Shown here: piece after piece, positions 23,760 to 32,000 of the stretch
How the letters are laid out: each line of letters opens with the position of its first letter
How positions within the stretch are numbered: position 1 is the first letter of the stretch
Source: Microcystis aeruginosa NIES-843
Lineage (GTDB): Bacteria; Cyanobacteriota; Cyanobacteriia; Cyanobacteriales; Microcystaceae
Assembly (NCBI RefSeq): GCF_000010625.1
Contig: NC_010296.1
Coordinates: forward strand, 5,430,001 to 5,462,000
DNA: 32,000 nucleotides
Direction of reading: 5' to 3'
The notes under the pieces: generated by a model
Seen by the model: only the letters and a program-made list of their open reading frames with translations
What the model was told of the DNA's origin: nothing
Database searches by the model: none
Made by a program: the position numbers and the translations under genes

Positions 23760-24338
23760 ATGGCAAAAATCCAGCTTAAAACCCCAAAATCAGAGCATCT
23801 TGCCGCCATGGTGGCACTCGATCGCACCAGTCTCGGCGGTATCTGGACGTTATCGGGATATCAACGGGAATTAGACAGCCCCAACAGTGAATTATTAATT
23901 CTTACCCTGGACCGGGATAGCGAAACCCTAATCGGATTGGCTTGTTTTTGGGCAATTCTCGAAGAAGCGCATATTACCCTCCTGGCAATTTATCCCGACT
24001 ATCAAAGACAAGGATTAGGAAAACTACTTCTCTACAAACTTCTGGAGAAGGCTGTACAAAGACAACTGGAAAGGGCTACGCTAGAGGTGAGGGTATCGAA
24101 CCAGTCAGCGATCGCGCTCTACGAGCATTTTGGCTTCCGCATCGCTGGAGAGCGTAAAAATTATTATCCGCAAACTGGCGAATCAGCCCTAATTTTCTGG
24201 CGCAACGATCTACAAACGGCCGCTTTTCAGGAACAATTAAGCAAGTGGCGACAAGAAATCCTCTCAAGACTGGTGCGGGGAGAGTGGCAATTAGAGGAAG
24301 AAACCAGAGCCAAAATAGATACCATGGGGATGCAATGA
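23760..24338 (+). CDS. rimI: Ribosomal-protein-alanine N-acetyltransferase (GNAT)
   Basis: 192 aa from ATG 23760 (MAKIQLKTPKSEHLAAMVALDRTSLGG...). GNAT motif A is YQRQGLGKLLL. The track ORF from 23454 is an artefact of the stop-free repeat array. Confidence 0.8.
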   Translation: MAKIQLKTPKSEHLAAMVALDRTSLGGIWTLSGYQRELDSPNSELLILTLDRDSETLIGLACFWAILEEAHITLLAIYPDYQRQGLGKLLLYKLLEKAVQRQLERATLEVRVSNQSAIALYEHFGFRIAGERKNYYPQTGESALIFWRNDLQTAAFQEQLSKWRQEILSRLVRGEWQLEEETRAKIDTMGMQ

Positions 24339-24376
24339 TTACCTACAAGCTTAAATCAGGTCGAGGTTAGGGAAAA

Positions 24377-25567
24377 ATGAGGATTTTAGTGTTGGCGTGG
24401 GAATTTCCACCGCGATTAGTGGGCGGTATCGCCCGTCATGTCGCTGAACTCTATCCCGAAATCGTCAAACTCGGTCATGAAGTCCATTTAATCACGATCG
24501 AATTCGGTCAGGCCCCCAGTTACGAACTGGTCGAAGGCATTCACATCCACCGCGTCCCCGTACCCCCCGGCAATGACTTTTTCCATTGGGTGGTCAACAT
24601 GAATAACAGCATGGGGCAACGGGGCGGCAAACTAATCGCCGAATACGGAAAATTTGACCTTGTTCATGCCCACGATTGGTTAGTAGGGGATGCGGCCATT
24701 GCCATGAAACATCTCTTTAAAATACCCCTGATTGCCACTATTCACGCCACGGAATACGGACGTTATAACGGACTGCACACCGACACCCAACGCTATATCG
24801 GCAGCAAAGAGGGAACCCTCGTCTATAATGCTTGGCGCGTTATCGTCTGTACCAGCTATATGCGTCATGAAGTCCATCGGGCTTTGGGCGCCCCCTGGGA
24901 TAAAATCGATGTGGTTTATAACGGTATTCGGGCCGAGAAAAAGCAAAGAGACCCTAACTTTGATTACCAAGCTTTTCGTCGTCAATATGCCCAAGATCAC
25001 GAAAAAATCGTCTATTACGTCGGGCGCATGACCTTTGAAAAGGGGGTTTCGGTGTTACTCAACGCTGCCCCAAAAGTCCTCGCCCAGACTGGAGCTAAAA
25101 CTAAATTTGTCATTATCGGTGGCGGCAATACCGACAAACTCAAACAACAGGCCTGGCATCTCGGTATCTGGCATCATTGTTATTTTACGGGCTTTATGTC
25201 CGATGAAAACCTCGATCGCTTCCAAACCGTGGCCGATTGTGCCGTTTTTCCCAGTCTTTACGAACCTTTTGGTATTGTCGCCTTGGAAAGTTTCGCCGCT
25301 AGGGTTCCCGTGGTAGTTTCCGATACCTGCGGTTTTCCCGAAGTTGTCCGTCATGGCCAAACGGGAATTGTCACCCGCGTCAATAATCCTGATTCCCTCG
25401 CTTGGGGCATTTTAGAGGTTTTAAATCATCCTGAATACGCCCAAGAATTAGTTAATAACGCCTACGAAGACCTAGAAAAACGCTTTCATTGGGCAAATTT
25501 AGCCCGTCAAACCGAGACAGTATATGGTTTGGTTGTCCAAGAACGACAACTGGTAGAATGGCGTTAA
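24377..25567 (+). CDS. Glycosyltransferase family 4 (glycogen-synthase-like GT-B fold)
   Basis: 396-aa ORF with N-terminal MRILVLAWEFPPRLVGGIARHV and C-terminal FPSLYEPFGIVALESFAARVPVVVSDTCGFPEVV (E-x7-E motif). Confidence 0.8.
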   Translation: MRILVLAWEFPPRLVGGIARHVAELYPEIVKLGHEVHLITIEFGQAPSYELVEGIHIHRVPVPPGNDFFHWVVNMNNSMGQRGGKLIAEYGKFDLVHAHDWLVGDAAIAMKHLFKIPLIATIHATEYGRYNGLHTDTQRYIGSKEGTLVYNAWRVIVCTSYMRHEVHRALGAPWDKIDVVYNGIRAEKKQRDPNFDYQAFRRQYAQDHEKIVYYVGRMTFEKGVSVLLNAAPKVLAQTGAKTKFVIIGGGNTDKLKQQAWHLGIWHHCYFTGFMSDENLDRFQTVADCAVFPSLYEPFGIVALESFAARVPVVVSDTCGFPEVVRHGQTGIVTRVNNPDSLAWGILEVLNHPEYAQELVNNAYEDLEKRFHWANLARQTETVYGLVVQERQLVEWR

Positions 25568-25657
25568 TCAGGGAGCGGTTTTTTAGCCGTCAGCCGTCAG
25601 TATTAGGGGTCAGTTTATGTTCTAAAATAACAAAGGCACAACTTAACTTCTCTAACT

Positions 25658-26275
25658 ATGACTATGAAAGCAGCTGAAATTATGACCACGGAGGTGGCCA
25701 AGATTAAAGGTTCTGAAACCGTTGCCAAAGCAGTACAATTGATGAGAGAAAAGAACATTAGAACTCTCATTGTTGATCGCCGTCACGATGAAGATGCTTA
25801 CGGAATTATCACCGAAACCGATATTGTCTATAAAGTCGTCGCTTTCGGTCAAGATCCGCAAAAAGTGCGCGTCTATGAAGTGATGAGCAAACCCTGCATC
25901 GTGATTAATCCCGACCTCGGGGTTGAATATGTGGCCCGCTTATTTGCTAATACTGGTATTCGTTTCGCACCGGTAATTAAAGGTGATTTGCTCGGTGTTA
26001 TATCTGTTAGTGACATCCTCCATAAAGGTAACGCCGTCGAAAAGCCCCGCAGTCTTGATTTAGAAGCGGAGATTATCAAAGCTAGAGATATTGCCCGGGC
26101 AGTATGTGCTGAAAAAGGGGGAAATTCTCCCGATTGTGCCGCAGCTTGGGATGTTGTTGAGGAATTACAGGCAGAATTGGCACACCAACGCGCTAAAAAA
26201 CCGGAAAAAACCTATTTTGAGGAATACTGTCAAGAAAATCCCGATGCTTTTGAAGCTCGTATTTATGACACCTAA
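25658..26275 (+). CDS. CBS-CP12 fusion protein (CBS pair plus C-terminal CP12 domain)
   Basis: 205-aa ORF. The N-terminal CBS pair contains MTTEVAKIKGSETV... and VMSKPCIVINPDL... The C-terminal CP12 signature is C-x(n)-C AAAWDVVEELQAE ... YCQENPDAFEARIYD. Confidence 0.85.
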   Translation: MTMKAAEIMTTEVAKIKGSETVAKAVQLMREKNIRTLIVDRRHDEDAYGIITETDIVYKVVAFGQDPQKVRVYEVMSKPCIVINPDLGVEYVARLFANTGIRFAPVIKGDLLGVISVSDILHKGNAVEKPRSLDLEAEIIKARDIARAVCAEKGGNSPDCAAAWDVVEELQAELAHQRAKKPEKTYFEEYCQENPDAFEARIYDT

Positions 26276-26285
26276 TCCCCATGGC

Positions 26286-26318
26286 TTTGAGGTATTCTCC
26301 GATACCTCAAACTTTTTA
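26286..26318 (+). terminator. Rho-independent terminator of the CBS-CP12 gene
   Basis: Perfect 10-bp stem TTTGAGGTAT / ATACCTCAAA with loop TCTCCG, followed by CTTTTTAA. Confidence 0.8.
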
Positions 26319-26372
26319 ATCCGGCAAAAGTAGTGTATAAAGGTTTTATTTACTAATAATCGAGGAAAAACT

Positions 26373-26879
26373 ATGGCCGATCTATTTGTCATCGCCTATG
26401 AGGACGAATTTAAAGCAGAAGAAGTTCGTTTAACTTTGGCTAAACTGCAACAGGAACATCTCATCGAGCTAGAAGATGCTGCCGTAGTGGTTAAAAACAA
26501 AGATGGCCAGATTAAACTCAAGCAAGCGGTCAATTTAACGGCAGCGGGAGCCGCTAGTGGCAGTTTCTGGGGATTATTAATCGGAATGCTCTTTTTATCC
26601 CCTTTATTAGGGGCCGTCCTCGGTGCTGCTGGTGGTGCTTTGGGAGGTGCTTTAAGTGATATCGGTGTGGATGACAATTTTATGCGCGAATTGGGAGAAA
26701 CCCTGCAGCCCAGTACCTCTGCTCTCTTTGTTCTCGTCCAAAAAGTTACCCCCGATAAAGTCCTCGATGAAGTGGCCCCCTACGGAGGTAAAGTGTTACG
26801 CACTTCTTTGACCAAAACCGACGAAGCGGAATTACAGAAAGTTCTCGACCAAAGAGGTGTTAAACCCGAAACCGTTTAG
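26373..26879 (+). CDS. DUF1269-type membrane protein (glycine-zipper)
   Basis: 168-aa ORF. The N-terminus MADLFVIAYEDEFKAEEVRLTLAKLQQEHLIELEDAAVVVK is typical of DUF1269. The central Gly-rich TM is GLLIGMLFLSPLLGAVLGAAGGALGGAL. Confidence 0.75.
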   Translation: MADLFVIAYEDEFKAEEVRLTLAKLQQEHLIELEDAAVVVKNKDGQIKLKQAVNLTAAGAASGSFWGLLIGMLFLSPLLGAVLGAAGGALGGALSDIGVDDNFMRELGETLQPSTSALFVLVQKVTPDKVLDEVAPYGGKVLRTSLTKTDEAELQKVLDQRGVKPETV

Positions 26880-26901
26880 GATATGGGTCCATAAAAGCCA
26901 G

Positions 26902-26926
26902 AAAAAGGGAATATATTTCCCTTTTT
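26902..26926. terminator. Rho-independent (symmetrical) terminator after the DUF1269 gene
   Basis: AAAAAGGGAA-TATAT-TTCCCTTTTT forms a 10-bp stem whose A-run and T-run flanks allow function in both directions. Confidence 0.8.
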
Positions 26927-27017
26927 ACTGTTTGAACAAGAATGGGTTTAGCATGACAACCACAGCAGCTATAAAATAAGAAACAATCAATAATTAGGGC
27001 TTGCTGAAAAAGTTTTT

Positions 27018-27213
27018 CCTAGGGGCAGGGTGTAGGGTGTGGGGTGTGGGGTGTGGGGTTTTACCCATTTTCATCGGGTAAATTACCTAATTTTCAGGGA
27101 AAAAGTCCCGGAATTTTCCCCCCGACCACTCCCATATCTGGTACTTTTTGATTGACAAAAAGTCTAAAAGTCTTACCCAACAAGGTTTTTAGATTTATTC
27201 AGCTAACCCTAAT
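27018..27213 (+). repeat. ~190-bp dispersed repeat, copy A (contains an internal GGGGTGT array at 27028-27058)
   Basis: Aligns to the reverse complement of 31217-31397. Shared blocks include a 24-nt identity ttacctaattttcagggaaaaagt (27083-27106 versus 31325-31348), aaaaagtctaaaag and ttattcagc. Confidence 0.85.
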
Positions 27214-27225
27214 TATTAATGAACT

Positions 27226-27765
27226 TTAAGCTTCGATCGAGAATAAAAGTGCTTCAGTATCGTAGTATTTATTCGTTAATCCCATTGATTGCATTCCTAA
27301 TCTTTCGGTGACACGAATTGAGCGATAATTATCGGGATTAACCACCGCGTAGATAATCGGCAATTGTAAGGTGATTAAGCCGTATTCTAGAATAACTTTA
27401 GCCGCTTCGGTCATATATCCTTGTCCCCAATAATCGCACCGTAAATGCCAACCAATTTCGCTATCTGGGGTAGGATAACCGTGGTTATCGGGCAAATTCT
27501 GTAAAATTATCGAACCGATAATCTGATTATTTTTTCGATCGATCATTGCCCACCAATCGCTGCCATTACCCTGATTACGAATAGTTGGTAATCTTTCGGA
27601 AAAATGGGCATTTAAACTCTCAATATCCGTGGCTAACTGACGAATTCTCGGTAAAAAATCAGTGACTTCGGAATTTTGATAGATCTGAAAAAAAGACTCT
27701 TTGTCTGCGGGTAGTTGCCAAGGACGAAGAATTAGGCGATCGCTTTTCATTGTTTTTGTGAGCAA
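27226..27765 (-). CDS. GNAT family N-acetyltransferase (RimJ/RimL-like)
   Basis: 179-aa ORF with LILRPW near the N-terminus and WGQGYMTEAAKVILEYG (motif A region), the typical RimJ/L-type pattern. Confidence 0.8.
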   Translation of the reverse strand: MLTKTMKSDRLILRPWQLPADKESFFQIYQNSEVTDFLPRIRQLATDIESLNAHFSERLPTIRNQGNGSDWWAMIDRKNNQIIGSIILQNLPDNHGYPTPDSEIGWHLRCDYWGQGYMTEAAKVILEYGLITLQLPIIYAVVNPDNYRSIRVTERLGMQSMGLTNKYYDTEALLFSIEA

Positions 27766-27789
27766 ATTATAGCAATTCTCTTGCTGAGA

Positions 27790-28323
27790 TTAGGGATTAT
27801 TGTCAATAAAAAAACTTCTAAATCCTACGGCTAGTAAGGAACCACTTAGGACAGTTATCAATGTCCAAATTTGATTTTTTTGGGTTCCTTCGACTTTCTC
27901 TAAGCGTTTATTCATGTCATCAAATTTACTATCAAGAGTTTTAATATCACCTTTAACTTCCGTGAGTTCAATCTTTAAATCGGTAGTATCTTTTTGAAGA
28001 TTTTTGACATCAGCTTTCATTTCTGCTTGTCCATTCTCGATCACCTTCAATCGATTGTCCACCTCAATCAGTCGAGTTTCCACGGTAGTGAGTCGATTGT
28101 CCATGGTAGTGAGTCGATTGTCCACAGTAGCGAGTCGATTGTCCACGTCAATCAGTCGAGTTTCCATGGTAGTGAGTCGATTGTCCATGGTAGTGAGTCG
28201 ATTGTCCATGGTAGTGAGTCGATTGTCGATCTCGTTGAATCGATGTTCGATTATCTTCTGTCCATTGAGGATTAAATCTTCTAGTCTTTTTAAATCATTA
28301 TTGGTAGTAGTGGTGGTGGTCAT
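27790..28323 (-). CDS. Tail-anchored coiled-coil protein with tandem heptad repeats (DNRLTTM)n
   Basis: 177-aa ORF with poly-Thr after Met1, nine heptads of consensus [DE][NT]RL[TIA][TDE][MV], then a further coiled-coil region and a C-terminal TM (IWTLITVLSGSLLAVGFRSFFI). Confidence 0.75.
   Translation of the reverse strand: MTTTTTTNNDLKRLEDLILNGQKIIEHRFNEIDNRLTTMDNRLTTMDNRLTTMETRLIDVDNRLATVDNRLTTMDNRLTTVETRLIEVDNRLKVIENGQAEMKADVKNLQKDTTDLKIELTEVKGDIKTLDSKFDDMNKRLEKVEGTQKNQIWTLITVLSGSLLAVGFRSFFIDNNP
28051..28239. repeat. Nine tandem 21-bp units inside the coiled-coil CDS, with an 84-bp higher-order duplication
   Basis: Units start at 28051, 28072, 28093, 28114, 28135, 28156, 28177, 28198 and 28219. 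Units 3, 7 and 8 are identical (tcgattgtccatggtagtgag). Units 1-4 parallel units 5-8. Confidence 0.95.
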
Positions 28324-28421
28324 TGATTAAACTCCTATAATTTCAATTCGCTCTTATCTTTATTATTACAGCCTTTCTTATAAACATGAAGTATAACCGA
28401 ATTTGGTATTGACAACCGACT

Positions 28422-28504
28422 CCCCACTTCCCCACTTCCCCACTTCCCCACTTCCCCACTTCCCCACTTCCCCACTTCCCCACTTCCCCACTTCCCACTT
28501 CCCC
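28422..28504. repeat. (CCCCACTT)n octamer array
   Basis: Nine perfect CCCCACTT units (28422-28493), one 7-nt variant and a partial unit. Confidence 0.95.
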
Positions 28505-28645
28505 TATACCTTTTCAACAGGATTTAGTATTAGTTATAGCTTTGGTGCTTGAGCAAATATGTTCAGCGAGGCTCACTCCCGTTAGAGTGAGATAAGATTA
28601 ACTCTTATTCCTCACCCTAACTACTAGGAAAAACCGGCAATTAAA

Positions 28646-30616
28646 TTAGGCACCTTGCCGCAATTTGTCCAAAACCGATCGATCTTCTAGAGTAGAAGTA
28701 TCACCAGAAATCTCTTGACCTGATGCTAAAGTTCGCAAGAGACGACGCATAATTTTACCCGATCGCGTTTTTGGCAGTACATCGGTAAAACGGATTTCTC
28801 CCGGTCGAGCAATAATGCCAATTTCCTTGACAACGTGATCCTTTAATGCTTGCGCTAACTCCGGACTCGCTTCATAATGCCCCTCGAGAGTCACAAAAGC
28901 ATAGACTTCTTCCCCTTTAATTTCATCCGGTCGTCCCACCACAGCCGCCTCCGCTACCGCGGGATGGGATACTAAAGCTGATTCGATCTCCATTGTCCCT
29001 AAACGGTGGCCAGAAACGCTCATCACGTCATCGACGCGCCCCATTACCCAGAAATAACCGTCTTCGTCCTGACGACTACCATCCCCGGCAAAATAGAGAT
29101 ATTGGCCATCTTTGGGGGCGATATGTTCCCAGTAGGTATTGCGGAAGCGATCGGGATTTTTATAGACTGTTCGCATCATACCGGGCCAGGGATGTTTGAC
29201 CACCAGATAACCCCCCTCATTCGCGTGGGTGGGATTACCTTCTAAATCGACCACTTCGGCGATAATACCGGGGAAAGGTAGGGTTGCTGACCCCGGTTTG
29301 GTGGCAATTGCCCCGGGTAAGGGAGTAATCATAATCCCCCCGGTTTCCGTTTGCCACCAAGTATCGACAATCGGACATTTTTCCTTACCGATAACTCGGT
29401 GATACCACATCCACGCTTCCGGGTTAATCGGTTCTCCCACGGTTCCCAGTAAGCGCAAAGAGGATAAATCCCGGCTATTGGGGATGTCTTCACCCATTTT
29501 GATAAAAGCGCGGATAGCAGTGGGGGCAGTATAAAAGATATTAACCCGATATTTCTCGATGACATCCCAAAAACAGCCTAAATTAGAGGGACGGGGAACC
29601 CCTTCATACATTACCGTCGTTGCACCATTGGAAAGCGGTCCGTAAACGATATAACTATGGCCGGTAATCCAACCCACATCGGCAGTACACCAGTAAACAT
29701 CGGTGTCTTTCAGGTCAAAAATCCATTTGCAGGTGACATGGGTGTAGAGATTATAACCGCCGGTGGTGTGGACGACTCCTTTCGGTTTGCCGGTGGAACC
29801 ACTGGTGTAGAGGATAAATAACATATCTTCGCTATCCATCGGTTCGGCCGGACAGTTAGCAGATACCTGTTTTTGTAGATCATGCCACCAGTAATCGCGA
29901 TCGGCAACCATATTGATGGGTTCCTTGCTGCGCTGGACAACGAGAACTTTTTCCACACTGGGGGCGCTATTATCGGCTAGAGCCAGATCTACCTGTTCCT
30001 TGAGGGCAACGACTTTATCCTTGCGGAAACCACCATCGGCAGTGATTACCACCTTAGCGGCCGCATCATTAAGACGATCGCGCAAAGCATCGGCACTAAA
30101 TCCCCCAAAAACTACACTGTGGGGCGCGCCAATTCTGGCACAGGCTAACATAGCGATGGCCGCTTCGGGAATCATCGGCATATAAATTCCGACCACATCG
30201 CCTTTTTTCACGCCTAATTCCTTTAAAGCGTTGGCAAATTGGCACACTTCTCGGTGTAGCTGTTCGTAGGTAATGGTGCGGCTGTCTCCCGGTTCTCCTT
30301 CCCAGATGATGGCGGCTTTATTGCGTCTCCAGGTGGTGAGATGTCTGTCAATACAGTTGTAACAAATATTAATCTTGCCGTTGACGAACCATTTAGCAAA
30401 GGGGGGCTGCCAGTCAAGAATCTCTGACCATTTTTCAAACCAATGTAATTCTTTTTCGGCTAATTGGGCCCAAAAAGCCGAGGGATCGGCCTTGGCTTTG
30501 GCGTAGAGTTGCTGGTATTCTTCAAAGCTTTTAATGGTGGCATTCTGGGCAAATTCGGCACTGGGAGGAAACAGCCGATTTTCCTGTAGGATCGATTCGA
30601 TCGCTATTTCTGTCAT
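28646..30616 (-). CDS. acs: Acetyl-CoA synthetase (AMP-forming)
   Basis: 656-aa ORF with the AMP-binding motif [20 protein letters not shown], and an overall Acs N-terminus ([11 protein letters not shown]...YQQLY) and C-terminus ([15 protein letters not shown]). Confidence 0.95.
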   Translation of the reverse strand: MTEIAIESILQENRLFPPSAEFAQNATIKSFEEYQQLYAKAKADPSAFWAQLAEKELHWFEKWSEILDWQPPFAKWFVNGKINICYNCIDRHLTTWRRNKAAIIWEGEPGDSRTITYEQLHREVCQFANALKELGVKKGDVVGIYMPMIPEAAIAMLACARIGAPHSVVFGGFSADALRDRLNDAAAKVVITADGGFRKDKVVALKEQVDLALADNSAPSVEKVLVVQRSKEPINMVADRDYWWHDLQKQVSANCPAEPMDSEDMLFILYTSGSTGKPKGVVHTTGGYNLYTHVTCKWIFDLKDTDVYWCTADVGWITGHSYIVYGPLSNGATTVMYEGVPRPSNLGCFWDVIEKYRVNIFYTAPTAIRAFIKMGEDIPNSRDLSSLRLLGTVGEPINPEAWMWYHRVIGKEKCPIVDTWWQTETGGIMITPLPGAIATKPGSATLPFPGIIAEVVDLEGNPTHANEGGYLVVKHPWPGMMRTVYKNPDRFRNTYWEHIAPKDGQYLYFAGDGSRQDEDGYFWVMGRVDDVMSVSGHRLGTMEIESALVSHPAVAEAAVVGRPDEIKGEEVYAFVTLEGHYEASPELAQALKDHVVKEIGIIARPGEIRFTDVLPKTRSGKIMRRLLRTLASGQEISGDTSTLEDRSVLDKLRQGA

Positions 30617-30834
30617 ACTGGCAAACGAAATAAATTATCTTGCGATCCAGATTACCTTTTTCGGTTCCCCCCGTAACCCCGGCAAGCAATTCTTTAAGGC
30701 TATTTTAGAATTGCCCGATCCCTGACTAGCGATCGCCATTTAGCCCCAAGTGTTACAGAGTTTAAAGTTATGTCACCGATCGAGCGATGAACAGATCGCT
30801 GTAAGGTAAACTAACCGATAAACCCGAAATTTAA

Positions 30835-31113
<279 letters not shown>

Positions 31114-31161
31114 GCCTGGCAATCATTCTGTGTTTAACATTTAGCGAAAACTAATCTTGTT

Positions 31162-31189
31162 AAGAGGACTAACCAGTCCTCTTTTTTTG
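31162..31189 (+). terminator. Rho-independent terminator of psaC
   Basis: AAGAGGACT-AACC-AGTCCTCTT stem-loop followed by a T-run (ctttttttg). Confidence 0.85.
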
Positions 31190-31216
31190 TTATACTCCCG
31201 TCGCTAGTTCAAATTT

Positions 31217-31397
31217 TAGTAAGGGCTGGCTGAATAATGGTACAAACCTTACAGGAAAGGGCTTTTAGACTTTTTTCCCTCAAAAAGTGCTGACCCTTGG
31301 AGTGATCGGGGGTAAAATTCAGGTACTTTTTCCCTGAAAATTAGGTAACTGACCACCTCAAAATCGGTAAAACCCTACACCCCCCCTGCCCCTAGGG
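31217..31397 (-). repeat. ~190-bp dispersed repeat, copy B (inverted relative to copy A; the heptamer array is reduced to a single unit)
   Basis: See copy A. The reverse complement reads cctaggggcagggggggtgtagggttttaccgatttt...ttacctaattttcagggaaaaagt...aaaaagtctaaaag...ttattcagcc. Confidence 0.85.
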
Positions 31398-31628
31398 CTG
31401 TTTCATTTAAATTAATTACAGCTGATTTTGAGTCAATAAATTTGACCGAAGATTCTCAAGTTTATCTTTTTCTAATCAAAAGAGTTAGTCACAATAACTA
31501 ATCTTTAATCTTCTGCCAATATTTATTATGAATAAATTGATAAAGCCTGTTCCCAAGCCACTAAAAGCCTATCTCTCTTGAAATTGTCTGAGAGTACATC
31601 CTGTTAATTTAGCTAATTTTTCTGCTTC

Positions 31629-32000
31629 TTACGTCGATAAAACTATCAATTTTTCCCAACGTTCAGCTAACCACCTCTGTCCCTCTGTTATTGAGAGAAA
31701 ACCCAAACCTCTGAAAAGATTCAATCCTATAGTTGTGAGAATTGACCAATTGCTGGCCGCTTGAAAATCACTTATCTCGCTTTTATCTTCCTCAAAAATT
31801 ACATCTTTTACCCAATGTAACTGATTTTCTATTTTCCAATGTCCTCGAATAATTTTAGCAAATACTTGAGCGGATTCGGTTAGGCTACTGATATAGTAAG
31901 CTGTTTCTTCATAGGTTTTATCCCCGCGACTACCCTTTCTTTCTACTTTAATAACTCTTCGCAGATTTTCAAACCCTTGTCTTTCATTTTTTCTCACTTT
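31629..32000 (-). CDS. ISAs1-family (DDE) transposase, C-terminal part; the ORF is open to the window end
   Basis: The translation ...YYISSLTESAQVFAKIIRGHWKIENQLHWVKDVIFEEDKS...WSILTTIGLNLFR matches the characteristic ISAs1 C-terminal motif (RxHWxIENxLHWxxDVxFxED). The track's Met at 31997 is a GTG inside a frame that continues past 32000. Confidence 0.75.
   Translation of the reverse strand, partial: KVRKNERQGFENLRRVIKVERKGSRGDKTYEETAYYISSLTESAQVFAKIIRGHWKIENQLHWVKDVIFEEDKSEISDFQAASNWSILTTIGLNLFRGLGFLSITEGQRWLAERWEKLIVLST

Noticed and set aside
25648-25658. 11-mer ctaactatgac shared between the CBS-CP12 start region and the IS right-end motif (15474-15484)
   Set aside because: 11-mer matches are expected by chance many times in this window, and there is no flanking similarity.
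27994-28330. Two plus-strand ORFs (93 and 108 aa) antisense to the coiled-coil gene
   Set aside because: They are shadow ORFs caused by the 21-bp repeat lacking stops on the opposite strand. The minus-strand ORF has the coherent heptad and TM architecture.
28335-28517. 60-aa minus-strand ORF (GKWGSGEV repeats)
   Set aside because: It is simply the (CCCCACTT)n array read in frame, with no independent coding signal.
28520-28531. 12-mer ggatttagtatt shared with the inverted-repeat arm at 13958-13969
   Set aside because: By a rough N-squared over 4^12 estimate, dozens of 12-mer coincidences are expected in a 32-kb window counting both strands, and there is no extended similarity around it.

Overview
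This 32-kb window looks like a chromosomal segment of a cyanobacterium, probably a Microcystis-type genome. That origin is inferred from psaC, a CBS-CP12 fusion gene, recurrent HIP1 octamers (GCGATCGC) and many CCCCACA/CCCCACTT microsatellites; no database search was possible. I call about 27 protein-coding genes. Most are housekeeping or accessory metabolism: gcvT (partial), queA, a LOG/PpnN-like protein, a probable crtO, rimI, acs, psaC, two GT4 glycosyltransferases, a rhodanese sulfurtransferase and an ArsB/NhaD-type permease. Signalling and transport modules are an RsbW/REC-PP2C/STAS partner-switching set, an SbtA-like permease with a PII-like partner, and an MsbA-type ABC exporter with an unusual C-terminal pseudo-HisKA tail. 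Mobile and repetitive DNA is abundant. It includes a decayed IS607/IS1341-type element (stop-interrupted tnpA HTH stub plus a frameshifted, zinc-finger-less tnpB) and an ISAs1 transposase fragment at the right edge. It also includes two copies of a 122-bp MITE with TA flanks, two inverted copies of a ~190-bp repeat bracketing GNAT, a coiled-coil gene, acs and psaC, a composite repeat module present twice, and G-quadruplex-prone 7/8-nt arrays at six or more loci. No rRNA, tRNA or CRISPR array was found. The best candidates for follow-up are the exporter pseudo-DHp tail, the TnpB remnant, the short-loop SbtA/PII-like pair, the 21-bp-repeat-encoded tail-anchored coiled-coil protein and the modular repeat families. 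All functional calls come from motif recognition by eye and need profile or homology searches.
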